Shown here piece by piece: positions 17,425 through 27,820 of a DNA stretch of 64,000 nucleotides. Both the position numbers and the translations under genes were made by a program. This DNA comes from an uncultured Oscillospiraceae bacterium (lineage in GTDB: Bacteria; Bacillota; Clostridia; Christensenellales; CAG-314): assembly GCA_964607155.1 (NCBI GenBank), contig CAZSIF010000006.1, positions 25,048 through 89,047 of the forward strand. Reading direction: 5' to 3'. The stretch's first letter is position 1; each line of letters begins with the position of its first letter. A model generated the notes under the pieces. It had not been told where the DNA came from and made no database searches. It was given only the letters and a program-made list of their open reading frames with translations.

Positions 17425-20400
17425 ATGGAACGATACGTCTGCAAAGTGTGCGGCGAACAGCTCGAACAAAAGATAGGCGACTTTTACGTCTGCAAATACT
17501 GTGGCTCACGTTGGAAGGTGGAAAAGGAAGTAACTCGTCTGCCCGTGTTGGATAACGCTTGGCAAGCCTTGCGCAACGGAGATTTCGACGTTGCGGAAGA
17601 GCTGTTTGAGGATGTCATCAACACGGATAACGCCAATCACGAAGCCTACTGGGGCAGGGCATTAGCCGCTGCAAGCATAATTTATGTAAACGACCTCAAC
17701 GAAAATAAAAAAGTACCCACTTGTAATAATATTTCGGAACAGGTGTTTGCCGATGGCACGTTTGTCAAAAAGGCAATCGAGCTTGCCCCTGCCGAGATAG
17801 CAGATAGCTACAAGCAACAAGCCGAGTACATAGATAAGGTTCGTATCGAGTGGTTAAACAAAGCCAGTAAAGAGCCTGCTTACGACGTGTTTATTAGCTA
17901 CAAGGATAGCGACAAGGAACACGGCATCGAACGCACTCAGGATAGTTATGACGCACAAGAACTGTACACCGAGCTTGTTCGCCGTGGATATAACGTGTTT
18001 TATAGCCGCGTTAGCTTGCGAGATAAGCTTTCCGAGCAGTACGAGCCGTACATATATAACGCCATCAAAACCGCAAAGGTAATGATAGTGCTTGCGGAAA
18101 AGCCTGAGTATATAACCGCAACGTGGGTAAAAAACGAGTGGTCACGCTTTCGTAATAGAATAGAGTGCGGTGAAAAGGACTCACGCAGCCTTGTGTTTGT
18201 TTACAAAAACCTTGACTTGTCGGATATACCTGCCGCTTTGCGTTCACGCCAGTGCTTGAACATGGCGGAAATGACATTTTTGCCTTCGCTAATATCTCAC
18301 ATCGAAAAGGTCATCGAAAGCACACGCAAAAACCAAGGTGTGGAAAAGATTGCAATAACAGGCGGCAAGATTGCCAAAAAGTCTACGGAGATATCTCAAA
18401 ACCAAATAACGGTTAGAGAGATAGGCAGCACGGTTGCACAAACGTCCCTTAACGATGCGCAAACGCTAAGCCTTGTTATGTCATATTTGGAAACAAATGA
18501 CTTTACTCATGCACAAAAATGTTTGGACGGCTTGTTGTTATCGGATTCGGAAAACGGTGAGTTTTTGCTTGCAAAACTGTTGCTTGAAAAACGCTGTTCT
18601 ACTATAAAAGCATTAATGACGGAGCTGTCAAATTTTGATAAAAGCGACTTTTCATTCATTGAAAGTATTATTAGTCGCTTGCCCAAAAAGGAAGCGAAAA
18701 AATTGCTTGCCGCAATGTATGAGCGCGCAAATGAAGTAAACGATATACTTGCGGCTCGCATATATGAAGTGATTTTGCCTTTTGCGTGCACAAATCGCGA
18801 TAAATTTATTCTTAACGCGGTGGACAATTGTATCGAAAATGGCAAGTTAAAAAGCTTCAAGCAGTTGCTTTTAACGCTGGATAAAAACGATACGGATAAG
18901 TATATTGAGTTGAATTTGCGCTTTGTTGAGCATAACAAGCCAAAGGACGATGAATATGCTGCCTGTATTGAGTGTTTACAAGCAGCTTTGGATGTGGACG
19001 AGGGTAATATTGTTGCTCTTGATGCGCTTTTGGAATTTGGCATTTGCAAAAATGATAAGTCGTCGGAGGAATTGTACGCTTTATTTGAAAGATTGTTGTC
19101 CTATTCCTCAGATGTTAACAAGGTAGTTGCAGAGTGGCTGCCTAAATTGCAAGCTTTGTATAATGACAATAATTGTGCGACTTGTATACTATGCTTTAGG
19201 CAAATGCTTAAATACTACCAAGCGGATCTATCAAATTTAGACGAAGCGATTTTGAATTTCGCAGATTTGTTATTGTCGGAATACAATTTCGCGGACGCCA
19301 ATGTTTTATATGACATCGTATTGGCTCATTCCACGCAATCACCGAGGGCATATTTGGGCATTGCGTTATCTAAAATTGGCGCGCCCGACATAAACAAATT
19401 GGGAATTAATTGTAGCAAGATAACCGACCTGCCGGAGTTCAGTAAGTACTTGTCGCTTTTGGATACTAAACAACGCAAGCAAATTTTGGCAAATATCCAA
19501 CGTCAACAAACAGATTTATCTCAACGAACCATTGCTGACGAGCAGTGTGCGTCGGAAAGGTATTCCGACTATGTGCATGCACGCAAAAATAGTTTTTTTG
19601 CTGCAAGAAAAGGTATAATAATTCGCAGCATAATATTTTCTGTAATTTGGCTTGTATTTTGCGGTGCAATAAACCTTTTAAGTAACCGCGAACTTTGGAC
19701 TTGGTGGCTGATACTTATTGCAGTCATCGTTGGCTTATTGTTTGCTTTTATTATTTCATATCGCACAGCACGTCGAATTGTACTATTTCCGTGGTTGTTA
19801 GGAGATGTTGCTATCGTATATGCTTTTAGGGGTATTTCGCCATCTGATTTGAGAGCCATAGTGTATGGTGCGTTGGGAGTGTATTTCTTTTTTACATTCA
19901 TTGGTATCTGTATGCCTACTGATGCTGATAGGATATTTGGAACTCGAAAAAGAATCCATTTGACGGAAGAAATAGCAAATAGATATATTGACCAAGATGG
20001 CCTTATGGAAGTTAAGTGGAGTGCTATCTCGAAACTTGACATTGATGGCAACGTAAAAGAAATCTGTAATGATTTATTTGAAAACTGCTGTGATTTACGC
20101 AAGGTATATTTTTGTGGAACTGCCGATAATTGGAACAAGATAAAGTTCAAATCCGGCAAGTCAAATCCGTTGCGTTGGGGCGCAGCTTTGTACGTTAAAG
20201 GTAAACGAGTTACTAACCTCAAACTGTCAGATGTGTCAGATTATGCATTTTACGGTTGTGGCTCGCTTACCGATGTTTGTTTGACTGAAGCTGTTAAGCA
20301 TATTGGTAAGGAAAGCTTTTACGGTTGTCGCTCGCTTGAAAATATTTCTATTGATTGCTCGTCGTTAACTATCGGAGAAGATGCGTTTGCATATTGCGAA

Positions 20401-20640
20401 AAGCTTGCGCAAGTATCGTTTGGCGCAAATGTAAAGCGTATTGGTTCAAGAATGTTTTATGGGTGTAGCTCGCTTTTGACCATTCGATACGATGGCAAGC
20501 AAAAGGATTGGGTTAAGCTACCCAAAAAGGCAGACTGGAATATTGGCACGGGCGGCTACAAGGTATACTGTACGGACGGAGTGTTGGACAAAAGTGGCAA
20601 TTGCATCGAGCAGTACGAAAGTGGTTACTTTCTGAAATAA
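17425..20640 (+). CDS. Multidomain membrane protein: zinc ribbon, TPR-like helices, TIR domain, helical repeats, 3-4 TM helices, BspA-type LRR
   Basis: Domains by residue: CxxC..CxxC at aa 6-26; a TIR-like block at aa ~152-290 (YDVFISYKDSD...VMIVLAEKPEYITATWVKNEWSRF); hydrophobic helices at aa ~731-830; LRR units (IGxxxFYGCxSL) at aa ~860-1050, ending in GYKVYCTDG as in the lipoprotein at 4837. Confidence 0.75.
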   Translation: MERYVCKVCGEQLEQKIGDFYVCKYCGSRWKVEKEVTRLPVLDNAWQALRNGDFDVAEELFEDVINTDNANHEAYWGRALAAASIIYVNDLNENKKVPTCNNISEQVFADGTFVKKAIELAPAEIADSYKQQAEYIDKVRIEWLNKASKEPAYDVFISYKDSDKEHGIERTQDSYDAQELYTELVRRGYNVFYSRVSLRDKLSEQYEPYIYNAIKTAKVMIVLAEKPEYITATWVKNEWSRFRNRIECGEKDSRSLVFVYKNLDLSDIPAALRSRQCLNMAEMTFLPSLISHIEKVIESTRKNQGVEKIAITGGKIAKKSTEISQNQITVREIGSTVAQTSLNDAQTLSLVMSYLETNDFTHAQKCLDGLLLSDSENGEFLLAKLLLEKRCSTIKALMTELSNFDKSDFSFIESIISRLPKKEAKKLLAAMYERANEVNDILAARIYEVILPFACTNRDKFILNAVDNCIENGKLKSFKQLLLTLDKNDTDKYIELNLRFVEHNKPKDDEYAACIECLQAALDVDEGNIVALDALLEFGICKNDKSSEELYALFERLLSYSSDVNKVVAEWLPKLQALYNDNNCATCILCFRQMLKYYQADLSNLDEAILNFADLLLSEYNFADANVLYDIVLAHSTQSPRAYLGIALSKIGAPDINKLGINCSKITDLPEFSKYLSLLDTKQRKQILANIQRQQTDLSQRTIADEQCASERYSDYVHARKNSFFAARKGIIIRSIIFSVIWLVFCGAINLLSNRELWTWWLILIAVIVGLLFAFIISYRTARRIVLFPWLLGDVAIVYAFRGISPSDLRAIVYGALGVYFFFTFIGICMPTDADRIFGTRKRIHLTEEIANRYIDQDGLMEVKWSAISKLDIDGNVKEICNDLFENCCDLRKVYFCGTADNWNKIKFKSGKSNPLRWGAALYVKGKRVTNLKLSDVSDYAFYGCGSLTDVCLTEAVKHIGKESFYGCRSLENISIDCSSLTIGEDAFAYCEKLAQVSFGANVKRIGSRMFYGCSSLLTIRYDGKQKDWVKLPKKADWNIGTGGYKVYCTDGVLDKSGNCIEQYESGYFLK

Positions 20641-20826
20641 TTGTTCGTTATTTGTTCGGGGCTTTTTATGTCTGCGTACAAAGAGTAGGCGTATGATTTT
20701 TCACTAAAGCTTTGGCGTGAGTTACAATGCTTTTGCTATTCGAGTTGGCACTTGTTTGCATTATAGTGATAATTTGTGAATTAAGCTTTAGAATATCAGT
20801 TTTGCGTAAAGTGTGCAAAACTATGC

Positions 20827-20855
20827 TTGACAAAGTTGCGTGTAGGCTGTATAAT
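20827..20855 (+). promoter_or_regulatory. Consensus sigma-A promoter for the divIC-like gene
   Basis: TTGACA-17 nt-TATAAT, 28 nt upstream of the ATG at 20884. Confidence 0.55.
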
Positions 20856-20883
20856 CTACTTACTAAATTATTCGAGGTAAAAA

Positions 20884-21174
20884 ATGGAGCAGCTGTTTTA
20901 CAGAAAGTCAACCGCTATACTTACCGTTGCGGCAATTTTGGTATTGATACTTTTGCTGTGCGCGTTGTTAACGTTTTTAACGCAGTATACCTCGATGGCG
21001 GCAAACGCCAAGCAGTTGGAGGAGCTTGCCAATCAGGTTGAAAGCGGCAATAAGGATAAGCAGGAGCTTATCGATTACATGAACAGCAACGAATATGTTC
21101 GTCAATGGGCAGAAGCAAACAATCTTATTCCGGCTGATACTATCAAGTATATTCAAACCGTTACGGGTAAATAA
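20884..21174 (+). CDS. divIC: Septum formation initiator family protein (FtsB/DivIC-like)
   Basis: A 96-aa protein with a single N-terminal TM helix, a short coiled coil, and a YVRQWAEANNLIPADTIKY tail (cf. the YIE..AR..LG motif of DivIC/FtsB). Confidence 0.6.
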   Translation: MEQLFYRKSTAILTVAAILVLILLLCALLTFLTQYTSMAANAKQLEELANQVESGNKDKQELIDYMNSNEYVRQWAEANNLIPADTIKYIQTVTGK

Positions 21175-21428
21175 GTCGCAAAAACACAATCAATGCGTCC
21201 GAAAGCTTTCTTTTGGGGCGCATTTTTGTTATTGCAGTGCTTGCTCGTTTGGTGCGGCGGGTTGTGTGTTGGCTGTCAATCGAACAAATGGAACGCGCCG
21301 TTGAAAAGCCGCAACCGGCTAATAAGCTCGGTTTGTTGGCTTGTTGAGCGGAGTACCGTTGCATATATAATAAAATGGTATAGCGGTGCGAAAAATCGTG
21401 TAGAATATTGCACAGAAGGAGATAATGT

Positions 21429-22586
21429 ATGTCTGCAAAAAAGCCGACTTTGGCAAGCAATTTTATAATGTCCGTCGGTCGCAGTTGTTACGGAACGCGT
21501 TATTTTACTAAAAAAGTAAAGCTTATTTCGGACGGTGCGTTAAAGGACATAGAACCGCCATATATAATTGTGGCAAATCACAGCAGTTTTGCGGATGTTG
21601 GCGGCGTTATTATGCTCACCAAGCCGCACAACGCAAGTTTTGTTATTTCCGTCACTCAGCTTGCAAGGTGGCCAAAACTGATACGGCACATGGGCGTGCT
21701 GCCCAAAAAACAGTTTACTGTGGATACGTCGCTTGTGCGAGATATAAAATATGTGCTTGACCACAAACGTCCGGTGGTAATCTATCCGGAAGCTAAGCTA
21801 TCGGTTGACGGTACGCTTAACGTAATCAAGCCGGCGGTGGCAAAGCTGATAAAGCTTGTAAAAGCGCCGCTTGTAACCGTGCGCTTTGACGGAAACTATC
21901 TGCATCACCCCAGATGGGCAAAAAGCAAGCGTTTTGTGCCACTTAAAGCGGAAGTTAAGCTTGCCGTTACAAGGGACGAGCTTGCTACAATATCCGTGGA
22001 CGAAATTCACCGTCGCATAGTGCAAAACCTTGCTTGCGACGACTACGCCTATCAGCTGGAAAATAAGATTGAAATCGATGTGCCGGATTTGGCGGAGGGG
22101 CTGCAAAGTATTTTGTACAAGTGTCCGCAGTGCGGCGCAGAGTTTTGCATGGATGCGCGCGGCAACGAGCTTATTTGCAATGGGTGCGGTGCAAAGGTAA
22201 TGCAAAACAAATACGGCGGCTTGGAAGGCGGCAAGTTCGAGCGTGTGACCGATTGGTATGGGTGGCAAAAGGAGTGCGTCCGAGAGGAATTGCAAAACGG
22301 CACCTATAATTTTGATATGCCGTTTGACGCGCAAAAGCTTGTTGGCAAAAAGTATGTTGAGCTGGGCGAGGCAACAATCACGCACGACGCAAGCGGAATA
22401 ACCGCGCGGATAGGCGAGCAAACGTTGTTTTTCAAAAGGGGACTTTTCTACACGCTGTCGTTCAATAATGATTATGTGTTTTTGCCCACGCAAGAAGCAG
22501 TGTATCGCTTTAAGCGTAGGGGAAATACGGGGTGCACAACTAAGCTCAATATTGCCGTTGAGCAGCAAGCAGATTTGGAACAATAA
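21429..22586 (+). CDS. Lysophospholipid acyltransferase (PlsC-like) with a central zinc-ribbon
   Basis: HX4D acyltransferase motif (ANHSSFAD), an IYPEA block and CPQCG...CNGCG. GGAG RBS. Confidence 0.7.
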   Translation: MSAKKPTLASNFIMSVGRSCYGTRYFTKKVKLISDGALKDIEPPYIIVANHSSFADVGGVIMLTKPHNASFVISVTQLARWPKLIRHMGVLPKKQFTVDTSLVRDIKYVLDHKRPVVIYPEAKLSVDGTLNVIKPAVAKLIKLVKAPLVTVRFDGNYLHHPRWAKSKRFVPLKAEVKLAVTRDELATISVDEIHRRIVQNLACDDYAYQLENKIEIDVPDLAEGLQSILYKCPQCGAEFCMDARGNELICNGCGAKVMQNKYGGLEGGKFERVTDWYGWQKECVREELQNGTYNFDMPFDAQKLVGKKYVELGEATITHDASGITARIGEQTLFFKRGLFYTLSFNNDYVFLPTQEAVYRFKRRGNTGCTTKLNIAVEQQADLEQ

Positions 22587-23000
22587 AGCATTGTGTTTGG
22601 GCGCAATGGCGGCTGTGAGTTGGACTTTAGGAACGCAAATTAAGGCGTAAAAATGTGTTTTGAAGCGTAAAAAAAGTGCCCAAATCAAAGGTGCAGTAAA
22701 TACGATTTTGGCAAAAGTTGCGGTTAATGGCGCAAAACTAAACGAATTTTATTGTGCTTGCTTTGTATAACAGAATAGAATAATCACTGCATTATTGCCC
22801 TTAGGCTTATCGAAACCGAGCAAACGCCTTTGGGTAATTTTTTTTGTCCGTTGGATATATTGCTTTTGATTTGGACGAAAGTGTGCTATTTTTGTGTGTT
22901 AAAACTGTCAAAGTGCTGTATTTAAGCTTGATTTGTGGGCTTGAATATAAAAAGATTGTTTGCGTATACTAACGGTACATTTCAAACAAGGAGGTATAAT

Positions 23001-23267
23001 ATGAAAACTTTTAACGTGTTTTCCGTCATAGCGTTGATACTGACGATTATCGGTGCGCTCAACTGGCTGTCGGTGGGCGTTATAGGCTTTAACTTTGTGG
23101 CTTGGGTAACCTTTGGCATGGTTTGGATCGAGCGTGCTGTGTATGCCCTTGTCGGTGCGGCGGGAGTGTTTATGATTGTGTGGCTTGCCGTATCGCATTG
23201 TCGCATGGTAAACGATATGTCGTATTCAAACAAGTATGCCGAGCACAAGGCTTACGGCAGTAATTAA
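23001..23267 (+). CDS. DUF378 family small membrane protein
   Basis: IGALNWLSVGVIGFNFVAW...RAVYALVGAAGVFMI matches the DUF378 pattern. I chose the ATG at 23001, preceded by AGGAGG. Confidence 0.7.
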   Translation: MKTFNVFSVIALILTIIGALNWLSVGVIGFNFVAWVTFGMVWIERAVYALVGAAGVFMIVWLAVSHCRMVNDMSYSNKYAEHKAYGSN

Positions 23268-23329
23268 CAACGCGCCTTGTTTGCGCTGAGTGGTACGCTT
23301 GTACAAGGACGACTTGCGGCAGGTGACAG

Positions 23330-23366
23330 AGAAGCATTGCTTTTATTTGCAGTGCTTCTTTTTTTG
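23330..23366 (+). terminator. Intrinsic terminator after the DUF378 gene
   Basis: AGAAGCA / TGCTTCT stem followed by T7. Confidence 0.65.
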
Positions 23367-23812
23367 TGGTTTTTTGTGGGTGCAAAATGGTTGACGGTGG
23401 GCGCGGTGAGTAAGTTCTGTGGTTGGTGGTGGTAGCTTTGTCCCTATTTGTGGCGTGGACTTGTGTAATGACGATATTATACGTCTCACAGATGAGATAT
23501 TCGCTCTGCGCAAGGCTGCTTGCGTGCGCTTGTCGCACATCGGCGTTGTGTTTTGCCGTCCGTTGCGCCGTATAACTTTTTTGGGCTAAAAGCTTGTGCG
23601 TTTTCGTTTGGTGTGGGGCATATATATGTTGTCGTGCACGTTATCGCCTTTTTTTTGTTTGTGAGGGCTTGCAAAAAAGCCTGTGTAAGGGTTTACAAAA
23701 AAATAAATAAATGATAAAATATATCTAAACAGAGAAAGATTTTTTATGTCGACGGTGGTCTGCTCGCAACGGGCTAATAAAATGCTTTTACCGTCGAAGC
23801 GGAGCTGTAAAA

Positions 23813-24805
23813 ATGCAAACTAAATTATTGGGCTTTTCTCACGAGGAGCTTGTTGAGGCGGGACGGCTTATTCGCGACGGACAGCTGGTTGCCTTTCCTA
23901 CTGAAACGGTGTACGGTTTGGGTGCAAACGCGCTTGACGAACAAGCCGTTAAAAGCACTTATGTTGCCAAGGGACGTCCGAGCGACAATCCGCTTATCGT
24001 ACACGTTTGGAATAAGCAACAAATATTTGATATCGCAAGCTATGTTTCGCCCGATGCGGAAAAAATAATTGACGATGTTATGCCGGAAAGCATAACCATT
24101 GTGTTGCCCAAAAAGCCGATAATATCCGATGTGATAACCGCCGGATTGCCTACTGTCGCAATTCGCATGCCAAGGTCGGCGGAGGCACGCAAGTTTTTGC
24201 AATATGCCGATGTGCCTGTAACTGCACCGAGCGCAAACACAAGCTCGCGACCGAGCCCCACAAACTGGCAGCGTGTTCGCGACGATATGGACGGCAAAAT
24301 TGCGGCGATATTGTGCGGCGAGGATTGCGACGTGGGTATAGAATCCACCGTGCTTGATTTGACGGGCGACGCCCCTCGCATTTTGCGTCCCGGTATCGTT
24401 ACCCCTGAGCGGTTGCGGCGGGTACTTGGCAAGTCCGTAGAGGTTATCACGGATCCTAAAAGTAAGGTTAATTCTCCCGGAGTCAAATACAAACATTATG
24501 CGCCCAAGGTGCCCATGGCGTTGGAGCTATTGGGCGATACAGCCAAGCTTGTCGATTACTACGACGCCCTTGCGGCTCGCGGCATAAAGCCTGTTTTGCT
24601 GGTGGAACATCCGGAGCTGTTTGGCAATCGCAATGCCGTGTGTATCGGGAATACCGACTTGGCTGTGGCACAAGGGTTATTTGAAAATTTGCGCCTGCTG
24701 GAAAACGAGTATGACTACATAATTGCAAGCTTTTCGTCCAAAACGGAGCTTGCTCAAAGCATTATCAACAGACTTGTTCGCTCGGCGGCACACAACGTAA
24801 TCTGA
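23813..24805 (+). CDS. tsaC: L-threonylcarbamoyladenylate synthase (Sua5/YwlC long form)
   Basis: FPTETVYGLGANAL, KGRPSDNPLIVH and SANTSSRPSPT motifs, plus a C-terminal Sua5 domain. Confidence 0.9.
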   Translation: MQTKLLGFSHEELVEAGRLIRDGQLVAFPTETVYGLGANALDEQAVKSTYVAKGRPSDNPLIVHVWNKQQIFDIASYVSPDAEKIIDDVMPESITIVLPKKPIISDVITAGLPTVAIRMPRSAEARKFLQYADVPVTAPSANTSSRPSPTNWQRVRDDMDGKIAAILCGEDCDVGIESTVLDLTGDAPRILRPGIVTPERLRRVLGKSVEVITDPKSKVNSPGVKYKHYAPKVPMALELLGDTAKLVDYYDALAARGIKPVLLVEHPELFGNRNAVCIGNTDLAVAQGLFENLRLLENEYDYIIASFSSKTELAQSIINRLVRSAAHNVI

Positions 24806-24840
24806 ATTTACATCGCGTTTATTTTTGTGAGGTATCATTT

Positions 24841-25269
24841 ATGAAAATTGCAATGGGCTGCGATCACGGCGGCTTGGAACTCAAAAACAGTATCAAGGAC
24901 TATCTCGTGGCGCATGGGCACGAGGTTGTGGATTTTGGCACTTTTAGCAAGGATAGCTGCGATTATCCTGATTTTGCCAAGCCTGCGGCGGAGGCTGTGG
25001 GCAGCGGCGAGTGCGACCGCGGTATAGTGTGTTGCACTACAGGTATCGGCGTTAGCATTGTTGCAAACAAGGTAAAAAACGTTAGGTGCGCACTGTGTCA
25101 AAGCTGCGATATGGCGGAGTTAACTCGTAGGCACAACAATGCAAATATGCTTGCATTCGGGCAAAAATATACGTCGGCTGCGGACGCAATAAAAATGACG
25201 GATGTCTTTTTGGCTACTCCGTTTGAGGGCGGCAGACATCTGGCGAGAGTGGAAAAGATAGAAAAATAA
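24841..25269 (+). CDS. rpiB: Ribose-5-phosphate isomerase B
   Basis: MKIAMGCDHGG.ELK..I...L...GHEV.DFG and GIV.C.TGIG.SI.ANK are the canonical RpiB/LacAB pattern. Confidence 0.9.
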   Translation: MKIAMGCDHGGLELKNSIKDYLVAHGHEVVDFGTFSKDSCDYPDFAKPAAEAVGSGECDRGIVCCTTGIGVSIVANKVKNVRCALCQSCDMAELTRRHNNANMLAFGQKYTSAADAIKMTDVFLATPFEGGRHLARVEKIEK

Positions 25270-25392
25270 AAACGGCTTGTCATATTGTCGCAAGCTTACG
25301 TCAAGGTGTTTGACGTAAACTTAAAATACAGACCTTGTGCGCACGACGGTGCGGCAAGGGGTGTTGAAGCGAAAAAACGCAATGAGGTTACT

Positions 25393-25698
25393 ATGATAGA
25401 AGAGATTGTAAATTCTATTTTGCAAGCGGAGGATACTGCAAAGCAACGTATCCAGCAGGCGGAAAATAAGGCGGCGGAGATAATCAACGCTGCGGAAATA
25501 GCCGCCGAGCAAATAAAAAAACAGGCAGTCGCCGATAATAAGGCGTTTGTCGCCGAGCAAGGTCAGGCTATCGACGACGAGGTTAAGGCACAAGCCGAAG
25601 CTTTTTTGCAACAGCGCAGTGCCGAGGTTGATAATGAAATTAAGCATTATCAACGCAACGTCGATAAAGCCGTCAAGCTGATTTTGGAGTCGGTGTAA
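25393..25698 (+). CDS. ntpF: V/A-type ATPase peripheral-stalk small subunit (G/H type)
   Basis: A 101-aa all-helical Ala/Glu/Gln-rich protein placed first in the V-ATPase operon. I chose the ATG at 25393 after GAGG; its stop overlaps the subunit I start. Confidence 0.6.
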   Translation: MIEEIVNSILQAEDTAKQRIQQAENKAAEIINAAEIAAEQIKKQAVADNKAFVAEQGQAIDDEVKAQAEAFLQQRSAEVDNEIKHYQRNVDKAVKLILESV

Positions 25699-27689
25699 TG
25701 GCAATAGTAAAAATGAAAAGACTTTCCTTGCTGGCGTTGCAGTCAGATAAGGAAAACATATTCGACGCGCTCATTCGTACCAAGGCGGTTGAGTTGCGGC
25801 GTAGTGCGGATATCGAACTGTGCGTTAACGTCGATACCTCACTCGAGCGAGAAAAACTTGCGGAAAAAATCAAGCGTGCAGAAGAAGCGGCAACGTACGT
25901 TACCGAGCAGGTGGAGCGTTACAACGCTCTGCATAAAACCGAAAAGGCAACGCTTGCATCCAATAGCTTTTCAAGACCGCTAACCGAGGTGAGCTTTGAC
26001 GTGTTGTTGGGCTTTTCGCATAAAGCGGAGCAAGTCGAGGCGGAGTTGCAAGACCTGCTGAACCACAAAAACGAGCTATCCGCACTGGAAACGGAGCTTA
26101 ATCGCACAGAGGCGGAAAAAAATCAGACGGAGCTTTACCGCAAGCTGCCGCATCCGACGGGGTGGTATCGCGATACAGATTTTGCAACGGTGCAACTTTC
26201 GCTATTGCCCTCGTCCGATTGGGATAAGGTGTGCGCACTTGCAGAGCAATACGATGCTGTGGAGCTTGAGCAAATAGATAGCAACGGAACAACAAGTCTT
26301 GCGGTTGTGGTTGCTCATCGCAGTCAGGCGGATTTTCTTCAACGTGCGACGGCGTTCGGGTTGGTGCGTAGCAGCTTTAGTTGCGATGTGTTGCCTGCGG
26401 CTTATTTGGATACGCTGGATAGAAAAATCAACGGTTTGGCGGCGCAAATAGAAGGCTTGCAAAAAACGATAGCAGGTTTTGGCAGCTGCATTCTCGACTG
26501 GAAAGTTTATTTGGATTACCTTGGTATTTTGGATAAAAAGCTTGCCGCCGATGCCGATTTGCAAAGCACTGCATCCACGTTCGTGTTGGAAGCGTACTAC
26601 CCAGCCGAGGACGAACAAAGAGTTTTGGACGCAATAGACGCAGTATCGAGCTGTACGGAAACGTATTTGTACGATATTGGCGAGGACGAGTTTGCGCCTA
26701 CGCTAACACGCAATAATGCTGTGGTTAGTCAGTTTGAGTTTGTGACCAACAATTATACAGCACCCGATTACCACGAAATTGATCCCAATCCCGTTATGTC
26801 GTTTTTCTATTTTGCCATATTCGGGCTTATGGTTGCAGACGTGGGTTACGGATTACTGTTGTGTCTTGTTGGCTTGTTTGCGCATTTTGCGATAAAACAA
26901 AAAACAACGATGCGCACGATGTTGCAACTGTTCGGTATATGTGGCGTTGCCGCAATTATTGTCGGCGCGTTGTTCGGTAGCTTTTTTAGCTTTCCGATTC
27001 CGTGGTGGGAGCCTGTGATACCAGATCCGTCGCAGCAGCCAATGGTGATGATGATAATCAGTCTGCTGTTCGGCGTGGTGCATATCACTGCCGGCGTGTG
27101 TTGCAATATGGCGGTAAAAATAAAGCACAAACAAGTACTTTCGGCATGGCTTACGGATTTTCCATGGGTTGTCGTCTTTGTGAGTTTTATTTTGGCAATA
27201 CTTAACCCCGCCTTGGATATGGCGGCTTACGAGGGGTATTCATTCCGTTTGCCGCAAACTGTTGCGCAGGCAAGTTTGTACGTTTGCTTGGGCTCGCTCG
27301 CCGTGGCAATCCTGTTTGCAGGATTGGGCACTAAGGGTATTATCGGCAAGGCAATGAAAAGCTTTGGCAGTGCCTATGGGCTCATCAACTACTTTTCCGA
27401 TATCATGAGCTATATCCGCGTGTTCGGGCTTATGCTTAGCTCCGCACTTATGGGGCAGGTGGTAAATCAGCTTGCCGCAATGGTGCTTGGCGATGGCGGA
27501 ATCGGATACATATTTGCGGCTGTGTTGCTCATATTCGCCCATCTGTTTAATCTCGTTATGGGAATTTTGGGCGTGTACATTCACAACGGACGTTTGCAAT
27601 ACGTTGAGTTTTTCGGTAAGTTCTACACGGGCGACGGACAGCTGTTTGTGCCGTTTTGTAGCGATACTAAATATACCGTGGTGCAATAG
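25698..27689 (+). CDS. ntpI: V/A-type ATPase subunit I (membrane a-subunit)
   Basis: A 663-aa protein with a soluble coiled N-terminal half and a multi-TM C-terminal half containing the conserved ...SY.RL.AL.L... region (MSYIRVFGLMLSSAL). Confidence 0.9.
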   Translation: MAIVKMKRLSLLALQSDKENIFDALIRTKAVELRRSADIELCVNVDTSLEREKLAEKIKRAEEAATYVTEQVERYNALHKTEKATLASNSFSRPLTEVSFDVLLGFSHKAEQVEAELQDLLNHKNELSALETELNRTEAEKNQTELYRKLPHPTGWYRDTDFATVQLSLLPSSDWDKVCALAEQYDAVELEQIDSNGTTSLAVVVAHRSQADFLQRATAFGLVRSSFSCDVLPAAYLDTLDRKINGLAAQIEGLQKTIAGFGSCILDWKVYLDYLGILDKKLAADADLQSTASTFVLEAYYPAEDEQRVLDAIDAVSSCTETYLYDIGEDEFAPTLTRNNAVVSQFEFVTNNYTAPDYHEIDPNPVMSFFYFAIFGLMVADVGYGLLLCLVGLFAHFAIKQKTTMRTMLQLFGICGVAAIIVGALFGSFFSFPIPWWEPVIPDPSQQPMVMMIISLLFGVVHITAGVCCNMAVKIKHKQVLSAWLTDFPWVVVFVSFILAILNPALDMAAYEGYSFRLPQTVAQASLYVCLGSLAVAILFAGLGTKGIIGKAMKSFGSAYGLINYFSDIMSYIRVFGLMLSSALMGQVVNQLAAMVLGDGGIGYIFAAVLLIFAHLFNLVMGILGVYIHNGRLQYVEFFGKFYTGDGQLFVPFCSDTKYTVVQ

Positions 27690-27820
27690 CCGCAAACGTG
27701 TCTTGTGCGTGCAAGGTTTAAGCAAGCGGTGCAGGGCAATCGACTTATGGTAAAAGCAATAAAAAAACGGCGAAAGCCGAAAAATACAAAAAATAAAACA
27801 ATTTTCGGAGGAAAATAAAA

